Part shown: positions 45,301-60,300 of the stretch, piece after piece
Layout: the number at the start of each line of letters is the position of its first letter
Numbering within the stretch: the first letter of the stretch is position 1
Assembly (NCBI GenBank): GCA_004431415.1
Contig: QPMI01000629.1
Coordinates: 1-64,000 of the forward strand
Source of the DNA: Cyanophora paradoxa CCMP329
Taxonomy: Eukaryota > Plantae > Glaucophyta
Reading direction: 5' to 3'
Length of the DNA stretch: 64,000 bases
Position numbers and translations under genes: made by a program
Notes under the pieces: model-generated
What the model was told of the DNA's origin: nothing
What the model saw: the letters and a program-made list of their open reading frames with translations, nothing else
The model's database searches: none

Positions 45301-48300
45301 CCGTCTGAGTGGCAGTGCACGTGTGCTCGGTGCCGGCCGCGAGGGCGACCTGCGCGCACGCAAACCGTGAGCTTGCACCGATTACAATCTCCACATGCAC
45401 AGGTCTAGATCTACACACAGATGTTAATATCATGAATAGCTAAATATAGGATCATATGTGTAAACGAAAGTGGGCGTGGAAGGTTTGGAGCTAGATTCTT
45501 GCACAACGATCGCGAGCCGCTGAGCTATAGATCTAGATTTCGGCGAAAGCTCTGGAGGTGCAGGTGGGCGATGCCCGCAAACGATGTAATATTTTGTTAG
45601 CTTGGTGCGAGGAGCTCGCGATCGAGCTCGAGCCCGGGGGCCCGGGGCGGGCGGACCTTGACGGTCGCCGTGGTCACGCCAGCAGTGAAGGTGGCCTCCA
45701 CGGCGGCGAGCGCAGCCGCGCCCTTTGGCGTGCACGTGACGGCGGCCTTCGTCGCCGTGTTGACTACCGTCAGGGTGAACTCGACCTTCCCGTCGGCGTC
45801 GCGCGGCTTGTCGATTCCAGCGGTGGGGCCGTGATGGTCGGAGCGACGGGCGCTGCAGATGCAGCGGCCGTGGTGAAGGTTACTGCCGCGGATGCGCCGG
45901 AAGTTCCCGACGGGTCCGTCTGAGTGGCAGTGCACGTGTGCTCGGTGCCGGCCGCGAGGGCGACCTGCGCGCACGCAAACCGTGAGCTTGCACGATTACA
46001 ATCTCCACATGCACAGGTCTAGATCTACACACAGATGTTAATATCATGAATAGCTAAATATAGGATCATATGTGTAAACGAAAGTGGGCGTGGAAGGTTT
46101 GGAGCTAGATTCTTGCACAACGATCGCGAGCCGCTGAGCTATAGATCAGATTTCGGCGAAAGCTCTGGAGGTGCAGGTGGGCGATGCCCGCAAACGATGT
46201 AATATTTTGTTAGCTTGGTGCGAGGAGCTCGCGATCGAGCTCGAGCCCGGGGGCCGGGGCGGGCGGACCTTGACGGTCGCCGTGGTCACGCCAGCAGTGA
46301 AGGTGGCCTCCACGGCGGCGAGCGCAGCCGCGCCTTTGGCGTGCACGTGACGGCGGCCTTCGTCGCCGTGTTGACTACCGTCAGGGTGAACTCGACCTTC
46401 CCGTCGGCGTCGCGCGGCTTGTCGATTCCAGCGGTGGGGGCCGTGATGGTCGGAGCGACGGGCGCTGCAGATGCAGCGGCCGTGGTGAAGGTTACTGCCG
46501 CGGATGCGCCGGAAGTTCCCGACGGGTCCGTCTGAGTGGCAGTGCACGTGTGCTCGGTGCCGGCCGCGAGGGCGACCTGCGCGCACGCAAACCGTGAGCT
46601 TGCACCGATTACAATCTCCACATGCACAGGTCTAGATCTACACACAGATGTAAATATCATGAATAGGATCATATGTGTACAAGTGGGGTTGAAGTTTGGA
46701 GCTAGATTCTTGCACAACGAGCCGCTGAGCTATAGATCTAGATTTCGGCGAAAGCTCTGGAGGTGCAGGTGGGCGATGCCCGCAAACGATGTAATATTTT
46801 GTTAGCTTGGTGCGAGGAGCTCGCGATCGAGCTCGAGCCCGGGGGCCCGGGGCGGGCGGACCTTGACGGTCGCCGTGGTCACGCCAGCAGTGAAGGTGGC
46901 CTCCACGGCGGCGAGCGCAGCCGCGCCCTTTGGCGTGCACGTGACGGCGGCCTTCGTCGCCGTGTTGACTACCGTCAGGGTGAACTCGACCTTCCCGTCG
47001 GCGTCGCGCGGCTTGTCGATTCCAGCGGTGGGGGCCGTGATGGTCGGAGCGACGGGCGCTGCAGATGCAGCGGCCGTGGTGAAGGTTACTGCCGCGGATG
47101 CGCCGGAAGTTCCCGACGGGTCCGTCTGAGTGGCAGTGCACGTGTGCTCGGTGCCGGCCGCGAGGGCGACCTGCGCGCACGCAAACCGTGAGCTTGCACC
47201 GATTACAATCTCCACATGCACAGGTCTAGATCTACACACAGATGTAAATATCATGAATAGTAAATATAGGATCATATGTGTAAACGAAGTGGCGTGGAAG
47301 TTTGGAGATAGATTCTTGCACAACGATCGCGAGCCGCTGAGCTATAGATCTAGATTTCGGCGAAAGCTCTGGAGGTGCAGGTGGGCGATGCCCGCAAACG
47401 ATGTAATATTTTGTTAGCTTGGTGCGAGGAGCTCGCGATCGAGCTCGAGCCCGGGGCCCGGGGCGGGCGGACCTTGACGGTCGCCGTGGTCACGCCAGCA
47501 GTGAAGGTGGCCTCCACGGCGGCGAGCGCAGCCGCGCCCTTTGGCGTGCACGTGACGGCGGCCTTCGTCGCCGTGTTGACTACCGTCAGGGTGAACTCGA
47601 CCTTCCGTCGGCGTCGCGCGGCTTGTCGATTCCAGCGGTGGGGCCGTGATGGTCGGAGCGACGGGCGCTGCAGATGCAGCGGCCGTGGTGAAGGTTACTG
47701 CCGCGGATGCGCCGGAAGTTCCCGACGGGTCCGTCTGAGTGGCAGTGCACGTGTGCTCGGTGCCGGCCGCGAGGGCGACCTGCGCGCACGCAAACCGTGA
47801 GCTTGCACCGATTACAATCTCCACATGCACAGGTCTAGATCTACACACAGATGTAAATATCATGAATAGCTAAATATAGGATCATATGTGTAAACGAAAG
47901 TGGGCGTGGAAGGTTTGGAGCTAGATTCTTGCACAACGATCGGAGCCGCTGAGCTATAGATCTAGATTTCGGCGAAAGCTCTGGAGGTGCAGGTGGGCGA
48001 TGCCCGCAAACGATGTAATATTTTGTTAGCTTGGTGCGAGGAGCTCGCGATCGAGCTCGAGCCCGGGGGCCCGGGGCGGGCGGACCTTGACGGTCGCCGT
48101 GGTCACGCCAGCAGTGAAGGTGGCCTCCACGGCGGCGAGCGCAGCCGCGCCCTTTGGCGTGCACGTGACGGCGGCCTTCGTCGCCGTGTTGACTACCGTC
48201 AGGGTGAACTCGACCTTCCCGTCGGCGTCGCGCGGCTTGTCGATTCCAGCGGTGGGGGCCGTGATGGTCGGAGCGACGGGCGCTGCAGATGCAGCGGCCG

Positions 48301-51300
48301 TGGTGAAGGTTACTGCCGCGGATGCGCCGGAAGTTCCCGACGGGTCCGTCTGAGTGGCAGTGCACGTGTGCTCGGTGCCGGCCGCGAGGGCGACCTGCGC
48401 GCACGCAAACCGTGAGCTTGCACCGATTACAATCTCCACATGCACAGGTCTAGATCTACACACAGATGTAAATATCATGAATAGCTAAATATAGGATCAT
48501 ATGTGTAAACGAAAGTGGGCGTGGAAGGTTTGGAGCTAGATTCTTGCACAACGATCGCGAGCCGCTGAGCTATAGATCTAGATTTCGGCGAAAGCTCTGG
48601 AGGTGCAGGTGGGCGATGCCCGCAAACGATGTAATATTTTGTTAGCTTGGTGCGAGGAGCTCGCGATCGAGCTCGAGCCCGGGGCCCGGGGCGGGCGGAC
48701 CTTGACGGTCGCCGTGGTCACGCCAGCAGTGAAGGTGGCCTCCACGGCGGCGAGCGCAGCCGCGCCCTTTGGCGTGCACGTGACGGCGGCCTTCGTCGCC
48801 GTGTTGACTACCGTCAGGGTGAACTCGACCTTCCCGTCGGCGTCGCGCGGCTTGTCGATTCCAGCGGTGGGGGCCGTGATGGTCGGAGCGACGGGCGCTG
48901 CAGATGCAGCGGCCGTGGTGAAGGTTACTGCCGCGGATGCGCCGGAAGTTCCCGACGGGTCCGTCTGAGTGGCAGTGCACGTGTGCTCGGTGCCGGCCGC
49001 GAGGGCGACCTGCGCGCACGCAAACCGTGAGCTTGCACCGATTACAATCTCCACATGCACAGTCTAGATCTACACACAGATGTAAATATCATGAATAGCT
49101 AAATATAGGATCATATGTGTAAACGAAAGTGGGCGTGGAAGGTTTGGAGCTAGATTCTTGCACAACGATCGCGAGCCGCTGAGCTATAGATCTAGATTTC
49201 GGCGAAAGCTCTGGAGGTGCAGGTGGGCGATGCCCGCAAACGATGTAATATTTTGTTAGCTTGGTGCGAGGAGCTCGCGATCGAGCTCGAGCCCGGGGGC
49301 CCGGGGCGGGCGGACCTTGACGGTCGCCGTGGTCACGCCAGCAGTGAAGGTGGCCTCCACGGCGGCGAGCGCAGCCGCGCCCTTTGGCGTGCACGTGACG
49401 GCGGCCTTCGTCGCCGTGTTGACTACCGTCAGGGTGAACTCGACCTTCCCGTCGGCGTCGCGCGGCTTGTCGATTCCAGCGGTGGGGGCCGTGATGGTCG
49501 GAGCGACGGGCGCTGCAGATGCAGCGGCCGTGGTGAAGGTTACTGCCGCGGATGCGCCGGAAGTTCCCGACGGGTCCGTCTGAGTGGCAGTGCACGTGTG
49601 CTCGGTGCCGGCCGCGAGGGCGACCTGCGCGCACGCAAACCGTGAGCTTGCACCGATTACAATCTCCACATGCACAGGTCTAGATCTACACACAGATGTA
49701 AATATCATGAATAGCTAAATATAGGATCATATGTGTAAACGAAAGTGGGCGTGGAAGGTTTGGAGCTAGATTCTTGCACAACGATCGCGAGCCGCTGAGC
49801 TATAGATCTAGATTTCGGCGAAAGCTCTGGAGGTGCAGGTGGGCGATGCCCGCAAACGATGTAATATTTTGTTAGCTTGGTGCGAGGAGCTCGCGATCGA
49901 GCTCGAGCCCGGGGGCCCGGGCGGGCGGACCTTGACGGTCGCCGTGGTCACGCCAGCAGTGAAGGTGGCCTCCACGGCGGCGAGCGCAGCCGCGCCCTTT
50001 GGCGTGCACGTGACGGCGGCCTTCGTCGCCGTGTTGACTACCGTCAGGGTGAACTCGACCTTCCCGTCGGCGTCGCGCGGCTTGTCGATTCCAGCGGTGG
50101 GGGCCGTGATGGTCGGAGCGACGGGCGCTGCAGATGCAGCGGCCGTGGTGAAGGTTACTGCCGCGGATGCGCCGGAAGTTCCCGACGGGTCCGTCTGAGT
50201 GGCAGTGCACGTGTGCTCGGTGCCGGCCGCGAGGGCGACCTGCGCGCACGCAAACCGTGAGCTTGCACCGATTACAATCTCCACATGCACAGGTCTAGAT
50301 CTACACACAGATGTAAATATCATGAATAGCTAAATATAGGATCATATGTGTAAACGAAAGTGGGCGTGGAAGGTTTGGAGCTAGATTCTTGCACAACGAT
50401 CGCGAGCCGCTGAGCTATAGATCTAGATTTCGGCGAAAGCTCTGGAGGTGCAGGTGGGCGATGCCCGCAAACGATGTAATATTTTGTTAGCTTGGTGCGA
50501 GGAGCTCGCGATCGAGCTCGAGCCCGGGGCCCGGGGCGGGCGGACCTTGACGGTCGCCGTGGTCACGCCAGCAGTGAAGGTGGCCTCCACGGCGGCGAGC
50601 GCAGCCGCGCCCTTTGGCGTGCACGTGACGGCGGCCTTCGTCGCCGTGTTGACTACCGTCAGGGTGAACTCGACCTTCCCGTCGGCGTCGCGCGGCTTGT
50701 CGATTCCAGCGGTGGGGGCCGTGATGGTCGGAGCGACGGGCGCTGCAGATGCAGCGGCCGTGGTGAAGGTTACTGCCGCGGATGCGCCGGAAGTTCCCGA
50801 CGGGTCCGTCTGAGTGGCAGTGCACGTGTGCTCGGTGCCGGCCGCGAGGGCGACCTGCGCGCACGCAAACCGTGAGCTTGCACCGATTACAATCTCCACA
50901 TGCACAGGTCTAGATCTACACACAGATGTAAATATCATGAATAGCTAATATAGGATCATATGTGTAAACGAAGTGGGCGTGGAAGGTTTGGAGCTAGATT
51001 CTTGCACAACGATCGCGAGCCGCTGAGCTATAGATCTAGATTTCGGCGAAAGCTCTGGAGGTGCAGGTGGGCGATGCCCGCAAACGATGTAATATTTTGT
51101 TAGCTTGGTGCGAGGAGCTCGCGATCGAGCTCGAGCCCGGGGGCCCGGGGCGGGCGGACCTTGACGGTCGCCGTGGTCACGCCAGCAGTGAAGGTGGCCT
51201 CCACGGCGGCGAGCGCAGCCGCGCCCTTTGGCGTGCACGTGACGGCGGCCTTCGTCGCCGTGTTGACTACCGTCAGGGTGAACTCGACCTTCCGTCGGCG

Positions 51301-54300
51301 TCGCGCGGCTTGTCGATTCCAGCGGTGGGGCCGTGATGGTCGGAGCGACGGGCGCTGCAGATGCAGCGGCCGTGGTGAAGGTTACTGCCGCGGATGCGCC
51401 GGAAGTTCCCGACGGGTCCGTCTGAGTGGCAGTGCACGTGTGCTCGGTGCCGGCCGCGAGGGCGACCTGCGCGCACGCAAACCGTGAGCTTGCACCGATT
51501 ACAATCTCCACATGCACAGTCTAGATCTACACACAGATGTAAATATCATGAATAGCTAAATATAGGATCATATGTGTAAACGAAAGTGGGCGTGGAAGGT
51601 TTGGAGCTAGATTCTTGCACAACGATCGCGAGCCGCTGAGCTATAGATCTAGATTTCGGCGAAAGCTCTGGAGGTGCAGGTGGGCGATGCCCGCAAACGA
51701 TGTAATATTTTGTTAGCTTGGTGCGAGGAGCTCGCGATCGAGCTCGAGCCCGGGGCCCGGGGCGGGCGGACCTTGACGGTCGCCGTGGTCACGCCAGCAG
51801 TGAAGGTGGCCTCCACGGCGGCGAGCGCAGCCGCGCCCTTTGGCGTGCACGTGACGGCGGCCTTCGTCGCCGTGTTGACTACCGTCAGGGTGAACTCGAC
51901 CTTCCCGTCGGCGTCGCGCGGCTTGTCGATTCCAGCGGTGGGGCCGTGATGGTCGGAGCGACGGGCGCTGCAGATGCAGCGGCCGTGGTGAAGGTTACTG
52001 CCGCGGATGCGCCGGAAGTTCCCGACGGGTCCGTCTGAGTGGCAGTGCACGTGTGCTCGGTGCCGGCCGCGAGGGCGACCTGCGCGCACGCAAACCGTGA
52101 GCTTGCACCGATTACAATCTCCACATGCACAGGTCTAGATCTACACACAGATGTAAATATCATGAATAGCTAAATATAGGATCATATGTGTAAACGAAAG
52201 TGGGCGTGGAAGGTTTGGAGCTAGATTCTTGCACAACGATCGCGAGCCGCTGAGCTATAGATCTAGATTTCGGCGAAAGCTCTGGAGGTGCAGGTGGGCG
52301 ATGCCCGCAAACGATGTAATATTTTGTTAGCTTGGTGCGAGGAGCTCGCGATCGAGCTCGAGCCCGGGGGCCCGGGGCGGGCGGACCTTGACGGTCGCCG
52401 TGGTCACGCCAGCAGTGAAGGTGGCCTCCACGGCGGCGAGCGCAGCCGCGCCCTTTGGCGTGCACGTGACGGCGGCCTTCGTCGCCGTGTTGACTACCGT
52501 CAGGGTGAACTCGACCTTCCCGTCGGCGTCGCGCGGCTTGTCGATTCCAGCGGTGGGGGCCGTGATGGTCGGAGCGACGGGCGCTGCAGATGCAGCGGCC
52601 GTGGTGAAGGTTACTGCCGCGGATGCGCCGGAAGTTCCCGACGGGTCCGTCTGAGTGGCAGTGCACGTGTGCTCGGTGCCGGCCGCGAGGGCGACCTGCG
52701 CGCACGCAAACCGTGAGCTTGCACCGATTACAATCTCCACATGCACAGGTCTAGATCTACACACAGATGTAAATATCATGAATAGCTAAATATAGGATCA
52801 TATGTGTAAACGAAAGTGGGCGTGGAAGGTTTGGAGCTAGATTCTTGCACAACGATCGCGAGCCGCTGAGCTATAGATCTAGATTTCGGCGAAAGCTCTG
52901 GAGGTGCAGGTGGGCGATGCCCGCAAACGATGTAATATTTTGTTAGCTTGGTGCGAGGAGCTCGCGATCGAGCTCGAGCCCGGGGGCCCGGGGCGGGCGG
53001 ACCTTGACGGTCGCCGTGGTCACGCCAGCAGTGAAGGTGGCCTCCACGGCGGCGAGCGCAGCCGCGCCCTTTGGCGTGCACGTGACGGCGGCCTTCGTCG
53101 CCGTGTTGACTACCGTCAGGGTGAACTCGACCTTCCCGTCGGCGTCGCGCGGCTTGTCGATTCCAGCGGTGGGGGCCGTGATGGTCGGAGCGACGGGCGC
53201 TGCAGATGCAGCGGCCGTGGTGAAGGTTACTGCCGCGGATGCGCCGGAAGTTCCCGACGGGTCCGTCTGAGTGGCAGTGCACGTGTGCTCGGTGCCGGCC
53301 GCGAGGGCGACCTGCGCGCACGCAAACCGTGAGCTTGCACCGATTACAATCTCCACATGCACAGGTCTAGATCTACACACAGATGTAAATATCATGAATA
53401 GCTAAATATAGGATCATATGTGTAAACGAAAGTGGGCGTGGAAGGTTTGGAGCTAGATTCTTGCACAACGATCGCGAGCCGCTGAGCTATAGATCTAGAT
53501 TTCGGCGAAAGCTCTGGAGGTGCAGGTGGGCGATGCCCGCAAACGATGTAATATTTTGTTAGCTTGGTGCGAGGAGCTCGCGATCGAGCTCGAGCCCGGG
53601 GGCCCGGGCGGGCGGACCTTGACGGTCGCCGTGGTCACGCCAGCAGTGAAGGTGGCCTCCACGGCGGCGAGCGCAGCCGCGCCCTTTGGCGTGCACGTGA
53701 CGGCGGCCTTCGTCGCCGTGTTGACTACCGTCAGGGTGAACTCGACCTTCCCGTCGGCGTCGCGCGGCTTGTCGATTCCAGCGGTGGGGGCCGTGATGGT
53801 CGGAGCGACGGGCGCTGCAGATGCAGCGGCCGTGGTGAAGGTTACTGCCGCGGATGCGCCGGAAGTTCCCGACGGGTCCGTCTGAGTGGCAGTGCACGTG
53901 TGCTCGGTGCCGGCCGCGAGGGCGACCTGCGCGCACGCAAACCGTGAGCTTGCACCGATTACAATCTCCACATGCACAGGTCTAGATCTACACACAGATG
54001 TTAATATCATGAATAGCTAAATATAGGATCATATGTGTAAACGAAAGTGGGCGTGGAAGGTTTGGAGCTAGATTCTTGCACAACGATCGCGAGCCGCTGA
54101 GCTATAGATCTAGATTTCGGCGAAAGCTCTGGAGGTGCAGGTGGGCGATGCCCGCAAACGATGTAATATTTTGTTAGCTTGGTGCGAGGAGCTCGCGATC
54201 GAGCTCGAGCCCGGGGGCCCGGGGCGGGCGGACCTTGACGGTCGCCGTGGTCACGCCAGCAGTGAAGGTGGCCTCCACGGCGGCGAGCGCAGCCGCGCCC

Positions 54301-57300
54301 TTTGGCGTGCACGTGACGGCGGCCTTCGTCGCCGTGTTGACTACCGTCAGGGTGAACTCGACCTTCCCGTCGGCGTCGCGCGGCTTGTCGATTCCAGCGG
54401 TGGGGCCGTGATGGTCGGAGCGACGGGCGCTGCAGATGCAGCGGCCGTGGTGAAGGTTACTGCCGCGGATGCGCCGGAAGTTCCCGACGGGTCCGTCTGA
54501 GTGGCAGTGCACGTGTGCTCGGTGCCGGCCGCGAGGGCGACCTGCGCGCACGCAAACCGTGAGCTTGCACCGATTACAATCTCCACATGCACAGGTCTAG
54601 ATCTACACACAGATGTAAATATCATGAATAGCTAAATATAGGATCATATGTGTAAACGAAAGTGGGCGTGGAAGGTTTGGAGCTAGATTCTTGCACAACG
54701 ATCGCGAGCCGCTGAGCTATAGATCAAGATTTCGGCGAAAGCTCTGGAGGTGCAGGTGGGCGATGCCCGCAAACGATATAATATTTTGTTAGCTTGGTGC
54801 GAGGAGCTCGCGATCGAGCTCGAGCCCGGGGGCCCGGGGCGGGCGGACCTTGACGGTCGCCGTGGTCACGCCAGCAGTGAAGGTGGCCTCCACGGCGGCG
54901 AGCGCAGCCGCGCCCTTTGGCGTGCACGTGACGGCGGCCTTCGTCGCCGTGTTGACTACCGTCAGGGTGAACTCGACCTTCCCGTCGGCGTCGCGCGGCT
55001 TGTCGATTCCAGCGGTGGGGGCCGTGATGGTCGGAGCGACGGGCGCTGCAGATGCAGCGGCCGTGGTGAAGGTTACTGCCGCGGATGCGCCGGAAGTTCC
55101 CGACGGGTCCGTCTGAGTGGCAGTGCACGTGTGCTCGGTGCCGGCCGCGAGGGCGACCTGCGCGCACGCAAACCGTGAGCTTGCACCGATTACAATCTCC
55201 ACATGCACAGGTCTAGATCTACACACAGATGTAAATATCATGAATAGGATCATATGTGTTTCAAGTGGAAGGTTTCAAGTTTGGAGCTAGATTCTTGCAC
55301 AACGAGCCGCTGAGCTATAGATCTAGATTTCGGCGAAAGCTCTGGAGGTGCAGGTGGGCGATGCCCGCAAACGATGTAATATTTTGTTAGCTTGGTGCGA
55401 GGAGCTCGCGATCGAGCTCGAGCCCGGGGGCCCGGGGCGGGCGGACCTTGACGGTCGCCGTGGTCACGCCAGCAGTGAAGGTGGCCTCCACGGCGGCGAG
55501 CGCAGCCGCGCCCTTTGGCGTGCACGTGACGGCGGCCTTCGTCGCCGTGTTGACTACCGTCAGGGTGAACTCGACCTTCCCGTCGGCGTCGCGCGGCTTG
55601 TCGATTCCAGCGGTGGGGGCCGTGATGGTCGGAGCGACGGGCGCTGCAGATGCAGCGGCCGTGGTGAAGGTTACTGCCGCGGATGCGCCGGAAGTTCCCG
55701 ACGGGTCCGTCTGAGTGGCAGTGCACGTGTGCTCGGTGCCGGCCGCGAGGGCGACCTGCGCGCACGCAAACCGTGAGCTTGCACCGATTACAATCTCCAC
55801 ATGCACAGGTCTAGATCTACACACAGATGTAAATATCATGAATAGCTAAATATAGGATCATATGTGTAAACGAAAGTGGGCGTGGAAGGTTTGGAGATAG
55901 ATTCTTGCACAACGATCGCGAGCCGCTGAGCTATAGATCTAGATTTCGGCGAAAGCTCTGGAGGTGCAGGTGGGCGATGCCCGCAAACGATGTAATATTT
56001 TGTTAGCTTGGTGCGAGGAGCTCGCGATCGAGCTCGAGCCCGGGGGCCCGGGGCGGGCGGACCTTGACGGTCGCCGTGGTCACGCCAGCAGTGAAGGTGG
56101 CCTCCACGGCGGCGAGCGCAGCCGCGCCCTTTGGCGTGCACGTGACGGCGGCCTTCGTCGCCGTGTTGACTACCGTCAGGGTGAACTCGACCTTCCCGTC
56201 GGCGTCGCGCGGCTTGTCGATTCCAGCGGTGGGGGCCGTGATGGTCGGAGCGACGGGCGCTGCAGATGCAGCGGCCGTGGTGAAGGTTACTGCCGCGGAT
56301 GCGCCGGAAGTTCCCGATGGGTCCGTCTGAGTGGCAGTGCACGTGTGCTCGGTGCCGGCCGCGAGGGCGACCTGCGCGCACGCAAACCGTGAGCTTGCAC
56401 CGATTACAATCTCCACATGCACAGGTCTAGATCTACACACAGATGTAAATATCATGAATAGCTAAATATAGGATCATATGTGTAAACGAAAGTGGGCGTG
56501 GAAGGTTTGGAGCTAGATTCTTGCACAACGAGCCGCTGAGCTATAGATCTAGATTTCGGCGAAAGCTCTGGAGGTGCAGGTGGGCGATGCCCGCAAACGA
56601 TATAATATTTTGTTAGCTTGGTGCGAGGAGCTCGCGATAGAGAGCGAGCCCGGGGGCCCGGGGCGGGCGGACCTTGACGGGCGCCGTGGTCACGCCAGCA
56701 GTGAAGGTGGCCTCCACGGCGGCGAGCGCAGCCGCGCCCTTTGGCGTGCACGTGACGGCGGCCTTCGTCGCCGTGTTGACTACCGTCAGGGTGAACTCGA
56801 CCTTCCCGTCGGCGTCGCGCGGCTTGTCGATTCCAGCGGTGGGGGCCGTGATGGTCGGAGCGACGGGCGCTGCAGATGCAGCGGCCGTGGTGAAGGTTAC
56901 TGCCGCGGATGCGCCGGAAGTTCCCGACGGGTCCGTCTGAGTGGCAGTGCACGTGTGCTCGGTGCCGGCCGCGAGGGCGACCTGCGCGCACGCAAACCGT
57001 GAGCTTGCACCGATTACAATCTCCACATGCACAGGTCTAGATCTACACACAGATGTAAATATCATGAATAGCTAAATATAGGATCATATGTGTAAACGAA
57101 AGTGGGCGTGGAAGGTTTGGAGATAGATTCTTGCACAACGATCGCGAGCCGCTGAGCTATAGATCTAGATTTCGGCGAAAGCTCTGGAGGTGCAGGTGGG
57201 CGATGCCCGCAAACGATGTAATATTTTGTTAGCTTGGTGCGAGGAGCTCGCGATCGAGCCCGAGCCCGGGGGCCCGGGCGGGCGGACCTTGACGGCGCCG

Positions 57301-60300
57301 TGGTCACGCCAGCAGTGAAGGTGGCCTCCACGGCGGCGAGCGCAGCCGCGCCCTTTGGCGTGCACGTGACGGCGGCCTTCGTCGCCGTGTTGACTACCGT
57401 CAGGGTGAACTCGACCTTCCCGTCGGCGTCGCGCGGCTTGTCGATTCCAGCGGTGGGGCCGTGATGGTCGGAGCGACGGGCGCTGCAGATGCAGCGGCCG
57501 TGGTGAAGGTTACTGCCGCGGATGCGCCGGAAGTTCCCGACGGGTCCGTCTGAGTGGCAGTGCACGTGTGCTCGGTGCCGGCCGCGAGGGCGACCTGCGC
57601 GCACGCAAACCGTGAGCTTGCACCGATTACAATCTCCACATGCACAGTCTAGATCTACACACAGATGTAAATATCATGAATAGCTAAATATAGGATCATA
57701 TGTGTAAACGAAAGTGGGCGTGGAAGGTTTGGAGCTAGATTCTTGCACAACGATCGCGAGCCGCTGAGCTATAGATCTAGATTTCGGCGAAAGCTCTGGA
57801 GGTGCAGGTGGGCGATGCCCGCAAACGATGTAATATTTTGTTAGCTTGGTGCGAGGAGCTCGCGATCGAGCTCGAGCCCGGGGCCCGGGCGGGCGGACCT
57901 TGACGGTCGCCGTGGTCACGCCAGCAGTGAAGGTGGCCTCCACGGCGGCGAGCGCAGCCGCGCCCTTTGGCGTGCACGTGACGGCGGCCTTCGTCGCCGT
58001 GTTGACTACCGTCAGGGTGAACTCGACCTTCCCGTCGGCGTCGCGCGGCTTGTCGATTCCAGCGGTGGGGCCGTGATGGTCGGAGCGACGGGCGCTGCAG
58101 ATGCAGCGGCCGTGGTGAAGGTTACTGCCGCGGATGCGCCGGAAGTTCCCGACGGGTCCGTCTGAGTGGCAGTGCACGTGTGCTCGGTGCCGGCCGCGAG
58201 GGCGACCTGCGCGCACGCAAACCGTGAGCTTGCACCGATTACAATCTCCACATGCACAGTCTAGATCTACACACAGATGTAAATATCATGAATAGCTAAA
58301 TATAGGATCATATGTGTAAACGAAAGTGGGCGTGGAAGGTTTGGAGCTAGATTCTTGCACAACGATCGCGAGCCGCTGAGCTATAGATCTAGATTTCGGC
58401 GAAAGCTCTGGAGGTGCAGGTGGGCGATGCCCGCAAACGATGTAATATTTTGTTAGCTTGGTGCGAGGAGCTCGCGATCGAGCTCGAGCCCCGGGGCCCG
58501 GGGCGGGCGGACCTTGACGGTCGCCGTGGTCACGCCAGCAGTGAAGGTGGCCTCCACGGCGGCGAGCGCAGCCGCGCCCTTTGGCGTGCACGTGACGGCG
58601 GCCTTCGTCGCCGTGTTGACTACCGTCAGGGTGAACTCGACCTTCCCGTCGGCGTCGCGCGGCTTGTCGATTCCAGCGGTGGGGGCCGTGATGGTCGGAG
58701 CGACGGGCGCTGCAGATGCAGCGGCCGTGGTGAAGGTTACTGCCGCGGATGCGCCGGAAGTTCCCGACGGGTCCGTCTGAGTGGCAGTGCACGTGTGCTC
58801 GGTGCCGGCCGCGAGGGCGACCTGCGCGCACGCAAACCGTGAGCTTGCACCGATTACAATCTCCACATGCACAGGTCTAGATCTACACACAGATGTAAAT
58901 ATCATGAATAGCTAAATATAGGATCATATGTGTAAACGAAAGTGGGCGTGGAAGGTTTGGAGCTAGATTCTTGCACAACGATCGCGAGCCGCTGAGCTAT
59001 AGATCTAGATTTCGGCGAAAGCTCTGGAGGTGCAGGTGGGCGATGCCCGCAAACGATGTAATATTTTGTTAGCTTGGTGCGAGGAGCTCGCGATCGAGCT
59101 CGAGCCCGGGGGCCCGGGGCGGGCGGACCTTGACGGTCGCCGTGGTCACGCCAGCAGTGAAGGTGGCCTCCACGGCGGCGAGCGCAGCCGCGCCCTTTGG
59201 CGTGCACGTGACGGCGGCCTTCGTCGCCGTGTTGACTACCGTCAGGGTGAACTCGACCTTCCCGTCGGCGTCGCGCGGCTTGTCGATTCCAGCGGTGGGG
59301 CCGTGATGGTCGGAGCGACGGGCGCTGCAGATGCAGCGGCCGTGGTGAAGGTTACTGCCGCGGATGCGCCGGAAGTTCCCGACGGGTCCGTCTGAGTGGC
59401 AGTGCACGTGTGCTCGGTGCCGGCCGCGAGGGCGACCTGCGCGCACGCAAACCGTGAGCTTGCACCGATTACAATCTCCACATGCACAGGTCTAGATCTA
59501 CACACAGATGTAAATATCATGAATAGCTAAATATAGGATCATATGTGTAAACGAAAGTGGGCGTGGAAGGTTTGGAGCTAGATTCTTGCACAACGATCGC
59601 GAGCCGCTGAGCTATAGATCTAGATTTCGGCGAAAGCTCTGGAGGTGCAGGTGGGCGATGCCCGCAAACGATGTAATATTTTGTTAGCTTGGTGCGAGGA
59701 GCTCGCGATCGAGCTCGAGCCCGGGGCCCGGGGCGGGCGGACCTTGACGGTCGCCGTGGTCACGCCAGCAGTGAAGGTGGCCTCCACGGCGGCGAGCGCA
59801 GCCGCGCCCTTTGGCGTGCACGTGACGGCGGCCTTCGTCGCCGTGTTGACTACCGTCAGGGTGAACTCGACCTTCCCGTCGGCGTCGCGCGGCTTGTCGA
59901 TTCCAGCGGTGGGGGCCGTGATGGTCGGAGCGACGGGCGCTGCAGATGCAGCGGCCGTGGTGAAGGTTACTGCCGCGGATGCGCCGGAAGTTCCCGACGG
60001 GTCCGTCTGAGTGGCAGTGCACGTGTGCTCGGTGCCGGCCGCGAGGGCGACCTGCGCGCACGCAAACCGTGAGCTTGCACCGATTACAATCTCCACATGC
60101 ACAGTCTAGATCTACACACAGATGTAAATATCATGAATAGCTAAATATAGGATCATATGTGTAAACGAAAGTGGGCGTGGAAGGTTTGGAGCTAGATTCT
60201 TGCACAACGATCGCGAGCCGCTGAGCTATAGATCTAGATTTCGGCGAAAGCTCTGGAGGTGCAGGTGGGCGATGCCCGCAAACGATGTAATATTTTGTTA